Of a stretch of DNA of 31,549 bases, positions 1-9,737 are shown in pieces (positions within the stretch are counted from its first letter, which is position 1; every line of letters begins with the position of its first letter). The DNA is from a virus (taxonomy: Duplodnaviria; Caudoviricetes): positions 1-31,549 of the IMG/VR virus record IMGVR_UViG_3300027581_000027; one strand, written 5' to 3'. The notes beneath the pieces are model-generated. The model saw only the letters and a program-made list of their open reading frames with translations. It was not told where the DNA came from and ran no database searches. A program made the translations under genes and the position numbers.

Positions 1-432
1 GATTTCATCGACCTAAACCGCACAAACCGCAAGAACCGTGTTCCGACTATGAAGCGGAACATGAAGGCGATTGCGTCTGCGCCGAACGTCAACAAAGCAG
101 TAGCAATCAAAACAAAACGGGCAGGTGCAGCTAAGGGTGGATGGATCGGAGCCGGTCTAGCAATTGGCGCGAAACAACGCAAAGGATCGCGACTGACTAT
201 CGGCAAGAACGTAGCTGGATACGCCCACAAATTCAAAAGCGGTGGATCCGCGCAGCTCATCGCCTCTCAATGGAACCCGATTGGGAAGATCACCAATAAC
301 ATCCCCTACGTCTCAACCGATTACGTTCTCAAAAAATCCGATGCAACCGACGCGATAAACAACGGCGGTCGAATGACCGTGAAATGGTATGAATCGGCAA
401 TGGCCGCAAAGCTCAAACGAAAAACAAAATGA
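1..432 (+). CDS. Basic neck/tail-completion protein (HK97 gp10-like position), 5'-truncated
   Basis: Frame open from base 1 to TGA 432; Lys/Arg-rich; ATGA overlap with the next gene; directly upstream of tail genes. Confidence 0.5.
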   Translation, partial: DFIDLNRTNRKNRVPTMKRNMKAIASAPNVNKAVAIKTKRAGAAKGGWIGAGLAIGAKQRKGSRLTIGKNVAGYAHKFKSGGSAQLIASQWNPIGKITNNIPYVSTDYVLKKSDATDAINNGGRMTVKWYESAMAAKLKRKTK

Positions 433-851
433 CAACTGACAAACTACTCGACGCATGGAAACGCTGGATTCAACGCGGAACCACCCTGCCGGTGGCTATG
501 CGCGACACCGAGGACACCAAGGCATACCCCGGTGTTTACATCGAGGGTGACAGCGTATCTCGATTTGAATCAGGAGGTGTGCAAGATGGAAACACCTTCA
601 AGATCGAATGGGAAACCAAGCTCGTCACCACGCCCGGCGATGATGCGCAGCAAGCGACCAGCAAGGCTGCACATGATGCTTTGCGGAACGCTCTCGCTGA
701 ATATGTGGAATCGGATCAGGCCGAGGCATGGATGGACGGGCAGATCGGAATCCGTGTTTTTCAGCTACTCGCCAACTCGCCCGAAACGACTGAGGCAGAT
801 GGCTATCGAGTGACGACTTGGAAGGCAACCGCGGTCGCCTGCGCAATTTGA
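429..851 (+). CDS. Tail terminator/completion-like protein
   Basis: 140 aa, YPGVYIEG motif, immediately before the tail tube gene. Confidence 0.5.
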   Translation: MTTDKLLDAWKRWIQRGTTLPVAMRDTEDTKAYPGVYIEGDSVSRFESGGVQDGNTFKIEWETKLVTTPGDDAQQATSKAAHDALRNALAEYVESDQAEAWMDGQIGIRVFQLLANSPETTEADGYRVTTWKATAVACAI

Positions 852-882
852 CTTTCGCCACGGTTGGCGGGAATCTCAATTT
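848..882 (+). promoter_or_regulatory. Putative late leaderless promoter, copy 1
   Basis: TTGACT(848-853)-TTCGCCA..17 bp-GAATCT(871-876)-6 bp-ATG 883; motif occurs 4 times. Confidence 0.65.
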
Positions 883-1308
883 ATGGCCGCACGCAACTTT
901 TCCCTCAGCCGTTTTGGAACCGTCGATGAATCTTCAGCTACCGGAGTTTTTCTTGGTGAAATCACCTATGATTACCAATCTGACAAGGTTGACATCAAGA
1001 ACCACATTAGCTCCACGGTAGGTTTTACGCTTTCCGACCCACGCACTGACATCAAACTTTCCGGCGTTGTGACAACCAAGACGGCAGGATTCACACCTGC
1101 CATTGCATCGGTTCTGACTCTTGCAAACAGTTCAGCCGATACTCTTGGACTCAATACCAAGGGCATCTTCGGAACCGCAGTCGCAAACGCTGGCGTGGTC
1201 GTTTATGCCGCCAGCTTGAAACGCGTCAACAGCGATTTTGAGACAGGCGATTGTTCCGCGATCTTCCACCCAGAAGTTGTGACGAACGCCCCAGTGAGCC
1301 TGACTTAA
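883..1308 (+). CDS. Major tail (tube) protein
   Basis: 141 aa, Ser/Thr/Gly beta-rich; between terminator and chaperone/TMP; own promoter motif. Confidence 0.6.
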   Translation: MAARNFSLSRFGTVDESSATGVFLGEITYDYQSDKVDIKNHISSTVGFTLSDPRTDIKLSGVVTTKTAGFTPAIASVLTLANSSADTLGLNTKGIFGTAVANAGVVVYAASLKRVNSDFETGDCSAIFHPEVVTNAPVSLT

Positions 1309-1326
1309 CGCTTTCCCCTATGAAAT

Positions 1327-1884
1327 ATGACAGCCAACCTTTCCACCCATCGCACGGGTGACATCAACTTTTTCGCCGCGTGCATGAGCATCGGCATAGC
1401 GCCGTGTTTTCCTGAGCCTGCCGAAGTAATCCAGTCCGACGATGGGCATGATTACCTCTCTTTCCGGCTTAACTCATTCTCAGAATGTGGACAATATGAG
1501 ACAAGGGAGATCAACAGGGCATGGACGCACAAGGAGTCTTTCCGCCGCGAGTTTCCGTCTCATCCGTTTGTGATGATCATGGACTTTATTGACCACTCAC
1601 GAGGAGCGAAATCAAAACCTGATTGGGTCGAGAAAGCCGCGTCTTTTCTCGGCATTGCACGGGACAGCATCCGCAAGGACTTAGATCGAGTTTCAGCATT
1701 GGAGCACGAGCTGCCCGAATCACCTCTCACCTACATCTGCTGCTACATCGTCAACCGCTGGGCGGCGATTGACTGGGCGAAAAACGCGATCCCTAAAACC
1801 GTAGTGAACGCTGGGCCATCCATCGTGATGCTCGACGGCAAGCTGCCCATGAAAAAACAGCTACAACTCCTTTCCTACTTATGA
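1327..1884 (+). CDS. Hypothetical protein in tail operon
   Basis: 185 aa ORF, ATGA-coupled to the chaperone gene. Confidence 0.6.
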   Translation: MTANLSTHRTGDINFFAACMSIGIAPCFPEPAEVIQSDDGHDYLSFRLNSFSECGQYETREINRAWTHKESFRREFPSHPFVMIMDFIDHSRGAKSKPDWVEKAASFLGIARDSIRKDLDRVSALEHELPESPLTYICCYIVNRWAAIDWAKNAIPKTVVNAGPSIVMLDGKLPMKKQLQLLSYL

Positions 1885-2264
1885 AATCAGCACCCGCATA
1901 CGCAACACCGCAGACCGTGGCCGGCCACAAGGTCTATCCCTGCGCCTATGGCCACATTCACTGGCTTACTGAGCGCAAGAACCCATTGATGACCCAGAAG
2001 GGCAACGTGGACGATTACAGCCTGGCTGAAATCTGCTTCGCCTTCACAACCGATCCTAAGACCCTCCAGAACGTCAAAGGAGCGCAGGCAAAGGCACGGG
2101 TGACTACTTTCCTCATGGAGTCCACAAGCAGGGTTCTGGTGGCACTCTGGACGCACGCAAGCAAGGAAATCGAGAACTACTTCTCATCGATGACCGTGCC
2201 AAAAAAAGCCCCGGCGCAGGCACTCAAAAAGCGCAAGCCTGCGACCCGTGCGCGGAAGCGGTAA
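1881..2264 (+). CDS. Tail assembly chaperone (lambda gpG analogue)
   Basis: Upstream of TMP; carries the A AAA AAA G slippery site at 2201-2208. Confidence 0.7.
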   Translation: MKSAPAYATPQTVAGHKVYPCAYGHIHWLTERKNPLMTQKGNVDDYSLAEICFAFTTDPKTLQNVKGAQAKARVTTFLMESTSRVLVALWTHASKEIENYFSSMTVPKKAPAQALKKRKPATRARKR

Positions 2265-2473
2265 TCATTTACACTCTCGGAAAATCAAACTTAACCAGCG
2301 ATCAACTCCTTTATGAACTCCCAGCAGCATTCGTCAACCAGCTCATGTCCTGCGCTTGGATCGAGGCTGGGCGCGAGATCGAAGGCATCGAAGCACGCGG
2401 CAAGGTTGCCGAGGACATCACAGCCAAGCTCGCGGCAATAGCGAGACGACCGAAACCTAAATTCAACTTCTAA
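2201..2473 (+). CDS. -1 frameshift extension of the tail chaperone (gpGT analogue)
   Basis: -1 frame open from the slippery site: SPGAGTQK...DQLLYELPAAFVNQLMSCAW...PKFNF*, TAA 2471-2473; fills the gap before TMP. Confidence 0.75.
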   Translation, partial: KKSPGAGTQKAQACDPCAEAVIIYTLGKSNLTSDQLLYELPAAFVNQLMSCAWIEAGREIEGIEARGKVAEDITAKLAAIARRPKPKFNF

Positions 2474-2479
2474 AACATC

Positions 2480-3781
2480 ATGGCCATCTCCACCACATTT
2501 ACCCTCAAATTCGCAGGAGCTGCCGTCGAGCGCGGACTTGCTCGCGTGCAATCGGCTTTTAAGTCACTGGGTGGCGTGGCCATGAAGGTCGGCAAGAGCC
2601 TGCTTTCACCGTTTGCGGCATTGACTGCCCTGCTCGGAACCGGAGCCTTGGCAGCCGGTTTAATGTCTTTCGTAAAAGGATCATCTGCAGCCGCCTCATC
2701 TGTCGAATCACTGACAACACAATTCACAACGCTACTAGGCAGCGCCAGTGCAGCCAAAGATCGGATGGAGGAAATCACTAAATTTGCAGCAAGCACTCCG
2801 TTTGAAATCGCGGAGCTTGCAGCGACTTCAAAACTGCTTGAAGTTATGGGCGGCAAGCTCATTTCTACAGGTGATGGCTTGCGACTTGTTGGTGATGCAG
2901 CAGCAATGGCTGGGCAGCCTATTGAAGAGGTAGGACTACACGTCGGCAGGTTGTTTTCCGCGATCACATCCGGCACAAGCGCGGGCGAATCTGTCAACCG
3001 CTTGCAGGAGCTTGGACTAATCACCGGAGCAACCAAGATCAAGTTTGAGGAACTGGCGGCAGCGCAAAAGAAAGGCACGGCAGCAACGCTAACCGGAGAG
3101 AAAGCATTGAAGCTACTCCAAGGAGTCATGAGCAAAGCACAAGGCGGAATGGCGGCACTTTCCAACACGACTGAAGGAAAACTTTCAAACATGAAAGACA
3201 ACCTAACACAACTCAAGGTTGCGTTCGGAACTGGATTCAATGACGGACTAAAAGTAGCTTTGGATGCGGCAAACACCAAGCTGCCTGAACTTTTGGCAAA
3301 GTTTGCCGAGTTTGGGACGATGATCGGTAAGACGATTTCAGATGCAGTCAACGGCGATAGTCAACGGTTAATCGTGGTTGGAAGCCTTATCGGTGACCTA
3401 ATAAAAGAAGGATTCAAGATATCGCTCAGGGGAATTACAGACATCGCAGGGCAATTCTTTCTTGATTTTATTGAATCCCAGAAATACAACCCCCAAGGCG
3501 TAGTATCCAGAAAACTCGGATTAGCAGAAAAACACAAGATAGGGTCTCAATACCAAATGGAAGGCTCGCTTCGTGAATCAGCCGCTTCAATAAAAGAAAA
3601 ATATGCCGAAGCCCTAGCATTTATTCCACAAAAATCTGGCCCTCATCCAAACATGCCTGGGGTTAGCTATGCACCTGAAGGCTACCCAGGGCGAATGGTG
3701 GACGAAAAGGGACATCGAATCATGTTCGACATCAAGACAGGCATTGATGCACTAAATCAAAAACTCGCACCTCAACCCTAA
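2480..3781 (+). CDS. Tail tape measure protein (short, 433 aa)
   Basis: Ala/Gly-rich helical; FTTLLGSASAAKDRMEEITKFAASTPFEI tape-measure-type motif. Confidence 0.85.
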   Translation: MAISTTFTLKFAGAAVERGLARVQSAFKSLGGVAMKVGKSLLSPFAALTALLGTGALAAGLMSFVKGSSAAASSVESLTTQFTTLLGSASAAKDRMEEITKFAASTPFEIAELAATSKLLEVMGGKLISTGDGLRLVGDAAAMAGQPIEEVGLHVGRLFSAITSGTSAGESVNRLQELGLITGATKIKFEELAAAQKKGTAATLTGEKALKLLQGVMSKAQGGMAALSNTTEGKLSNMKDNLTQLKVAFGTGFNDGLKVALDAANTKLPELLAKFAEFGTMIGKTISDAVNGDSQRLIVVGSLIGDLIKEGFKISLRGITDIAGQFFLDFIESQKYNPQGVVSRKLGLAEKHKIGSQYQMEGSLRESAASIKEKYAEALAFIPQKSGPHPNMPGVSYAPEGYPGRMVDEKGHRIMFDIKTGIDALNQKLAPQP

Positions 3782-3784
3782 GCC

Positions 3785-4627
3785 ATGGCAATCAAACAGT
3801 TTCTCAACTCGTCAATCAAGTGGGTGCCTCAACCCGGCTTCTCGGTAGTCTATACCGAGAACGGCGGCATTGAGGCCTCGCAGGACATTCTGATCCGCAA
3901 TGCTGATATTTCGACCGTAACGGTTTTTAACCGTGGCACGAGATGGGAGATTATTTTTCCCGAAGTTCCCACAATCTATCGCGGCCTGACGATGAAAACT
4001 TTTGACCCGACAGATCGGGGCGATGGTTTTTCAATCCTAAAATGCACCTTCACGGGGTATCAGTTTATCGCCCCCGGATCGAGTGGTGTCGGGGATGAAG
4101 CTGTGCAAGCAACCAGCACGCTTACTGGGCAGCTTACCGCCGAGCCGCTTTCGAGTCATCCAAAGTGGGAACAGCTTAACAATACTGACAAATCATTTTT
4201 AGGACAGCAAATCAATGGAGACATAACCATGAATGCAAATCTCACTTTGTGGGGAACGTATCAAGAAGATGGAATTTCTAGAGTTTTTGTCCCAGTGATT
4301 GATAACGATGGGGAAAATTACCCACCAACTGGAGATGCTCTTACGTTTGCTAGAATCATTGCTCAGGGCGACCAGACATGGGACAGGGGAGGATGGACAT
4401 ACAGCTACCACACCGAGTCAGAAACAGGCTTTACCTCTGCGCAGCTCAACTCACTTGGCAAGATCGTGGCCAACCCTCCTGGCAACCCTCAAGACCCCGG
4501 TGCTGGCTGGACATGGATGCTCGTATCACCCAGCCAAAGCCAATCGGGATTAGATCGGTTCATCAAGACCCTTGATTTCCGACTCATCCAAGACAACGAT
4601 AAAAACCAGTTTCTCTACGACTACTGA
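3785..4627 (+). CDS. Tail tip/distal tail protein
   Basis: 280 aa directly after TMP. Confidence 0.55.
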   Translation: MAIKQFLNSSIKWVPQPGFSVVYTENGGIEASQDILIRNADISTVTVFNRGTRWEIIFPEVPTIYRGLTMKTFDPTDRGDGFSILKCTFTGYQFIAPGSSGVGDEAVQATSTLTGQLTAEPLSSHPKWEQLNNTDKSFLGQQINGDITMNANLTLWGTYQEDGISRVFVPVIDNDGENYPPTGDALTFARIIAQGDQTWDRGGWTYSYHTESETGFTSAQLNSLGKIVANPPGNPQDPGAGWTWMLVSPSQSQSGLDRFIKTLDFRLIQDNDKNQFLYDY

Positions 4628-5139
4628 TGAAATTCAGGCTACAAGGCAGCGTGACGATACCGAAGCGGCCATCCACTGTGGGAGGGCTGATAAGCTGGGC
4701 GCGTGGCGTCAATCGAACATTGCAGGAGCTGCGCGACAGGAAGATTGTTGGAATAATCGCAAAGGGAGCATCTAGCGTGACACCTTACCCATTTCAAGTA
4801 AGTGCTACTCCTGATTTGCTGAAATCGGCTCCAGGTTTGCTTGGCAGCGTCAGTATAGCATCTCAAGAAAAGGAAAACCCCGCAGATGGTAATCACTATC
4901 TGCTCGCAAAAGTCATCATCAACTCCACAACTGGAGCAATTACCAGCTCAACCGTCGAGTGGGTTACTACCATTCCAAGCGATACAACCACAAATTACCA
5001 CCGGACGATTGCTAAGGTTAAGATTTTAGATGGAGCAGTGAGCCTCGACCCGGCTGAAACTGCGCAATATACTTACGGACCGATATCAGTAGTGGTCGGC
5101 GGTGGGTTTAATTCAGTCTGGGCAGTCAGGTTATTATGA
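4627..5139 (+). CDS. Minor tail protein
   Basis: 170 aa, coupled overlaps, tail module. Confidence 0.5.
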   Translation: MKFRLQGSVTIPKRPSTVGGLISWARGVNRTLQELRDRKIVGIIAKGASSVTPYPFQVSATPDLLKSAPGLLGSVSIASQEKENPADGNHYLLAKVIINSTTGAITSSTVEWVTTIPSDTTTNYHRTIAKVKILDGAVSLDPAETAQYTYGPISVVVGGGFNSVWAVRLL

Positions 5140-5909
5140 GTTTACTACCAAGTGTTTACGTTAATAATTTTGCGTCAGTAAAGGCTGCGAAAAAGTCTTT
5201 TGTGGATGATTATGTAAACAACCATCCGCACAGATTGTCATCCATCCGACTTTCTGGTTCGTATAACACAGAGTTTGACGGGCGAGAGGTAGCAGGAACA
5301 GCACTGACAGCATATAAACTCAATGAAGATGTAGATTATGCCACATTGTCTGCGTGGACAAGAGTGTTTGGCGAATTACCAGTCATTGACACTATCGGGC
5401 AGACAGGAGTAGCAGGTGGAGCAGAAGGTCTGAACGAATATGAATTTTATGTTGCCCAAGATCTTTATTATTTTTGGAGATTTTATCTTGTAGTGAGCGA
5501 TTTTCCCGAGCCAGTTAAAGTTGGAGAACTCATGACAACTTTTTATGAAAGAGACTCAGTAGAATCTGAATGGGTTGAAACAAGTATCGAAACAGAAGAT
5601 ATTTTTGAAAATGGATATCCAGCCGTAATTACAACTTCCCCATTTTTCAATGGACTCGGAGGACATCCAGTTTCTGGTGGAAAAGGTGCCGATAATGATG
5701 AAAACTCTGCGTGCTTGTTTTTCATATTCACTGGCTCAGGTTCTCCTTTTTCTTTGGCTTCCGGCATTTACAGACTGCCATGGCAAGATCCTTGGGCTGA
5801 TGAATCATCTGTATATACAGATGCCATGACTGATTGGATTGCAGAAAACAATGATTTTGATGGTGGCGGCTGGACAGGATCGGCAGCCGTGACGCTGGAA
5901 TTCTCTTGA
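5136..5909 (+). CDS. Acidic minor tail/structural protein
   Basis: 257 aa, Asp/Glu/aromatic-rich, AT-richer DNA. Confidence 0.5.
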   Translation: MSLLPSVYVNNFASVKAAKKSFVDDYVNNHPHRLSSIRLSGSYNTEFDGREVAGTALTAYKLNEDVDYATLSAWTRVFGELPVIDTIGQTGVAGGAEGLNEYEFYVAQDLYYFWRFYLVVSDFPEPVKVGELMTTFYERDSVESEWVETSIETEDIFENGYPAVITTSPFFNGLGGHPVSGGKGADNDENSACLFFIFTGSGSPFSLASGIYRLPWQDPWADESSVYTDAMTDWIAENNDFDGGGWTGSAAVTLEFS

Positions 5910-5915
5910 TCGAGT

Positions 5916-5949
5916 TTGACTTTCGCCACCGACCGGAAAAACCTCACTC
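5916..5949 (+). promoter_or_regulatory. Putative late leaderless promoter, copy 2
   Basis: TTGACT(5916-5921)-TTCGCCA..17 bp-AAACCT(5939-5944)-5 bp-ATG 5950. Confidence 0.65.
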
Positions 5950-6813
5950 ATGACTCTTTCCGGCACAGAAGTTCGTTACGGCATGATTGCGACAGCCGAC
6001 CCCGGCGCGGTCAATGTTTCTGGTTCTCAAACAATCGGGACAGCCCTTGCATCTCTCATTTACACTAACGCGCCGACCGTAGCCTATTCGATGGCGATGA
6101 TCATTCAGCCTAGCGGCGTGCTTACCCTGAACACGTCCACCGGCGCAGTCACCGGCACGGCAGCAGGAACCGCCCAGGTCGAGACTGCCACGATTGTAGC
6201 AGCTGCTGGTGCAACCACGGCAGGCGACTTGAACGTGACCGTGACATCGGCACTCGTGACCGGCTCGCCATTGCTTATTCCGGTCGCACTACTTTTGACG
6301 GACAACACCGCCAGCCTAGTCGCTACTAAGGTCAGGGCAGCCCTGAACGCCACCGCCGCGATTACCGCGCATTACACCGTAGGCGGCTCTGGTGCGACCT
6401 ACTCGCTGACGACTAGCGCCATCAACCACGCAGCAAACGATTCCACGCTCAACATGGCACACGCCAACGGAACGTGCGTGGGGATTACTACCGCGGCAAC
6501 CTCGGCTAACACAACCGCAGGAGTCGGCACCACCCGCGCTTACAAATTTAACGGCACGGCATGGAACGCGACCGACAACGAAGGAATCGCACTGCCGACC
6601 ATGACGAAGCTGCATTCGATGCTACTCCGCTCTGCATCGACCAGCGGCTCGGTGGCGGTCGGTGAAGGAACCAACCTGTTGACTATTTCTGCCCCATTCG
6701 TCCACCTGCAAGCATCACAATCCGGTGCGCATCCATTTACAGGCGATTCGGTTACCTTTACGGGCGCAACCGCACCAATCACTTTGATTCTTGACATCCA
6801 CGCAGGAGAATAA
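5950..6813 (+). CDS. Thr/Ala-rich virion structural protein
   Basis: 287 aa beta-rich; own promoter motif. Confidence 0.55.
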   Translation: MTLSGTEVRYGMIATADPGAVNVSGSQTIGTALASLIYTNAPTVAYSMAMIIQPSGVLTLNTSTGAVTGTAAGTAQVETATIVAAAGATTAGDLNVTVTSALVTGSPLLIPVALLLTDNTASLVATKVRAALNATAAITAHYTVGGSGATYSLTTSAINHAANDSTLNMAHANGTCVGITTAATSANTTAGVGTTRAYKFNGTAWNATDNEGIALPTMTKLHSMLLRSASTSGSVAVGEGTNLLTISAPFVHLQASQSGAHPFTGDSVTFTGATAPITLILDIHAGE

Positions 6814-6816
6814 GCC

Positions 6817-7125
6817 ATGGCAGACACGATCTATCTGAAGCGCGGGCAAAACTTGGACATCACAGCCGAGTTCATCGACGAGGACGGCGTGCCGATCACG
6901 TTAGATGGCACATACACCGCAACCTCAGCCATGCGGCTCAAAGGCACTTGCGAGCCGATACTTTTGACCTGCACGATTGTAGCTGGAAAAGTCAAAATCG
7001 TCCAAGCGACTGATGATTTAATTGCTGGAGTTTACGACATCGACATCATTGTCAGCAACAACGCCGGTCGTGACATCACGGATGTATTTTACCTAAACCT
7101 TGGAAAGACGATTACCCCACTATGA
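6817..7125 (+). CDS. Small fibre-adaptor/BppU-N-like protein
   Basis: IYLKRGQ...GVYDIDI pattern, just before the fibre gene. Confidence 0.5.
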   Translation: MADTIYLKRGQNLDITAEFIDEDGVPITLDGTYTATSAMRLKGTCEPILLTCTIVAGKVKIVQATDDLIAGVYDIDIIVSNNAGRDITDVFYLNLGKTITPL

Positions 7126-8312
7126 GCAACGTGACACAAACAGGGGCAGTTGGGGAAGTGGTCGTCACTCAGACGGGACAAGAGGCTGCTGTCACAGTTG
7201 TGACCGCACGCGGAGCAACTGGAGCCACCGGAGCCACGGGAGCCACCGGAGCCACCGGAGCCGCTGGCCCGAACTCGATCACAACTTCGACAACATCGAA
7301 CCTGACTGGCTTTATCGCTGCGAACGGAACGGCAGTCAGCGGAGCAACGGCAGGTGCTACCGCAGCCACCGCAAACACGCTCGCCCTGCGGGATGCCACA
7401 GGCGGATCGAACTTCGCAGCCGTCGGTGCATCATCGGTTACATCGAGCGGGGCGATCAACACGACTGGACTTTTCTCCAATATTTCTACAACTGGAAACT
7501 ACTCATATATTTCCACAAGCGGAGAAAACGCGAGTATCGTCACAAACGGAATCACTGCCCACATCTCCACAGGCGGAGCCAGTGCCTACATTCAGTCTCG
7601 CTCAACCTTTAATCTCTACAACGGCACCAACACCACCACGCTCTCCCACGCCCCGACAGCAAACCGAGCGATTGCGTTCCCCGACAAGTCAGGCACGGTC
7701 GCAATGATTGACTCGGAGACGCACACCGGAGCGCACGCGTTCAGCAGCACCACCCGCCCGACATCAGCAGGCACAGGCACGCCAGCGGCAACGAGCTTGA
7801 TTACGCTTGACGATGCGGATGCACGATACCGGCAGCAATCGTCTCCGATTTTTTATGCAGCCCAACAGGATACAGCGCAAGTTGTCACCAACTCCACGTC
7901 ATACGTTGACAGTGCTGCCCTAGTCAATATCCCTGCTGGAACTTATTTTGTCAGATCATCATCCATAGTTCTCAATTCATCAACTACTGGACTTTCAAAA
8001 ACCAGACTAGCATTTTCTGGCACAGGGGCATCAGCAACACGACCATTTACTTTTCGCGCCTTTTCCACTGCAACAGATGCCGCAAGCCTTAGCCCGCAGT
8101 TGTTTTCTCAAACAAGCACTCTTCACGCTTGGAATCGTGAAGAAGTTAATTTTGGAACCAATCGCGGCATGATGATTATCCGCGAATTCATTTTTACCTG
8201 CACAGGCACTGGAAATCTTTCGGCACAGTTTGCAATGAATGTTGCTAGCGGTGTGTCTGACACAGCGACCATGGTTGCGGGTAGCTTTATTATCGCACAA
8301 CGTATCAGCTAA
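7122..8312 (+). CDS. Tail fibre with collagen-like Gly-X-Y segment
   Basis: RGATGATGATGATGATGAAGP; ANRAIAFPDKSGTVA fibre motif; variable C-terminal domain. Confidence 0.75.
   Translation: MSNVTQTGAVGEVVVTQTGQEAAVTVVTARGATGATGATGATGATGAAGPNSITTSTTSNLTGFIAANGTAVSGATAGATAATANTLALRDATGGSNFAAVGASSVTSSGAINTTGLFSNISTTGNYSYISTSGENASIVTNGITAHISTGGASAYIQSRSTFNLYNGTNTTTLSHAPTANRAIAFPDKSGTVAMIDSETHTGAHAFSSTTRPTSAGTGTPAATSLITLDDADARYRQQSSPIFYAAQQDTAQVVTNSTSYVDSAALVNIPAGTYFVRSSSIVLNSSTTGLSKTRLAFSGTGASATRPFTFRAFSTATDAASLSPQLFSQTSTLHAWNREEVNFGTNRGMMIIREFIFTCTGTGNLSAQFAMNVASGVSDTATMVAGSFIIAQRIS
7212..7270 (+). repeat. 9-bp tandem repeat encoding (Gly-Ala-Thr)n
   Basis: GGAGCCACC-type units in tandem. Confidence 0.8.
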
Positions 8313-8315
8313 ATC

Positions 8316-8636
8316 ATGCCCACACCACACACCACCGCCGCTACCATCGCTGAGATCATCTCCAGCGTGCCTAATTTCGTCGTCTCGCAGATGAAACGAG
8401 CTTATGAGCTGGCCAACACGCCAGACCAGCAACAGGCCATCCTCGACGCAATGCCCGATTTCGGCGTGACCCCTACGCAAGCGCTCACGCTTTACGCAAC
8501 GATGCAGACCGCGCTGGCATCCATTGGACTCGCTGGCAACCTGCCTGTTGCTGACCTGACAATCTTCCAGCCGCAGCCGGATGGCAGCGTGCTTTATGTC
8601 GCACCGCCTGAGCCTGAGCCTACACCTGACCTCTAA
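8316..8636 (+). CDS. Putative fibre assembly chaperone
   Basis: 106 aa after the fibre gene, Pro/Glu tail PPEPEPTPDL. Confidence 0.45.
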   Translation: MPTPHTTAATIAEIISSVPNFVVSQMKRAYELANTPDQQQAILDAMPDFGVTPTQALTLYATMQTALASIGLAGNLPVADLTIFQPQPDGSVLYVAPPEPEPTPDL

Positions 8637-8638
8637 CA

Positions 8639-8842
8639 ATGACGATCCCCACAGAATGGATACTAACGGTGCTGATAGCACTTGCCACCGTCATCAGCAC
8701 GTTGGCTGCAATCATCTACCGACAGCTCGCCGCCGAGATCGCCACCCTGCGAACTATTGTCGCGAAACTTCAGGAGGACGTTGACCGCCTGAGCAAAGGA
8801 TGCGGCATCGGCGCCTGCCTCTACAAAAATCGCAATCGATGA
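8639..8842 (+). CDS. Single-TM plus coiled-coil lysis protein (holin/antiholin/i-spanin-like)
   Basis: WILTVLIALATVISTLAAIIY TM then heptads; upstream of endolysin. Confidence 0.55.
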   Translation: MTIPTEWILTVLIALATVISTLAAIIYRQLAAEIATLRTIVAKLQEDVDRLSKGCGIGACLYKNRNR

Positions 8843-9000
8843 AAACCACAATACTCGGACTGCTTGCAGCCGTCGCCGCCACGATTCAAACAACCGTTCA
8901 AGATGGTCACTCGCTAGACGATTGGAAGACCTGGATCTTGCCGGTATCCCTCGCCGTTCTCGGCTATCTCAGCAACGACCAACCTACAACAAAATCATGA
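8839..9000 (+). CDS. Small two-TM holin candidate
   Basis: MKTTILGLLAAV...WILPVSLAVLGYLS; ATGA overlaps at both ends. Confidence 0.6.
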   Translation: MKTTILGLLAAVAATIQTTVQDGHSLDDWKTWILPVSLAVLGYLSNDQPTTKS

Positions 9001-9173
9001 AAATCATACTCGCTCTCGCCACACTTACCCTCGCTTCCTGCGTCAGCACGATCACAACCACGACCTCACCGGACGGAACCGTCACGGTCGTCGAGCAGCG
9101 CGGAATTGACCAGGCATCCGTAGTCGCTGCGACTGAGATCAGCCGCACGATCCGCGTCAACCCGACAAAATGA
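8997..9173 (+). CDS. Small lipoprotein (o-spanin candidate)
   Basis: MKIILALATLTLAS-C signal peptide with lipobox. Confidence 0.6.
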   Translation: MKIILALATLTLASCVSTITTTTSPDGTVTVVEQRGIDQASVVAATEISRTIRVNPTK

Positions 9174-9733
9174 CTCGAGCCGAGATCATCGCTTTACAGA
9201 CGCGCATCGGCACCACGCCGGATGGCATCTGGGGCGATGTATCGACCGCCGCGTGTCAGCGTCACCTGCGGGCGCTCATGCCCACACCTCACCCATGGCC
9301 GACCGGCGACGACACCAGCGTCATTGCACGGTTCGGCGAGCCCGGTGACGAGGATCAGCTCGTCGGTGCTAACGTGCGCGGCCTCGGCATACTCTACGAT
9401 GGTCAGCCGGTGCGCAACATCCGCTGCCATCACCTCGTTGCTGACAGCTTGGTGACGGCGCTTAACGAGATATACGCCAGCCCAGCGCGGTGGATCCTCG
9501 GCGAATACGCGGGATGCTACAACTACCGCAAGATGCGCGGCGGATACCGGCACTCTAAGCACGCTTGGGGCATCGCTGTTGACTTCGCGCCTACCACCAA
9601 CGGCCTGCGCACCCACTGGCCTCGCGCTGCAAGTATGCCTATCGAGGCGATGGAGTCGTTCGCGCGGCAGGGCTGGCTCTCTGCCGGCGCTTTCTGGAGC
9701 CGCGACGCGATGCACTTCGAGACAACCCACTAA
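9170..9733 (+). CDS. Endolysin, M15 family peptidase with N-terminal PG-binding motif
   Basis: LQTRIGTTPDGIWG; R..SKHAWGIAVD and DAMHFE Zn motifs. Confidence 0.85.
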   Translation: MTRAEIIALQTRIGTTPDGIWGDVSTAACQRHLRALMPTPHPWPTGDDTSVIARFGEPGDEDQLVGANVRGLGILYDGQPVRNIRCHHLVADSLVTALNEIYASPARWILGEYAGCYNYRKMRGGYRHSKHAWGIAVDFAPTTNGLRTHWPRAASMPIEAMESFARQGWLSAGAFWSRDAMHFETTH

Positions 9734-9737
9734 AACC

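Noticed and set aside
2470-3351. Long minus-strand ORFs (also 22556-23302, 28318-28923, 30799-31509)
   Set aside because: Antisense shadows of well-supported + strand genes; no motifs
7122-8312. Diversity-generating retroelement targeting the fibre
   Set aside because: No reverse transcriptase and no TR/VR repeat pair seen in the window
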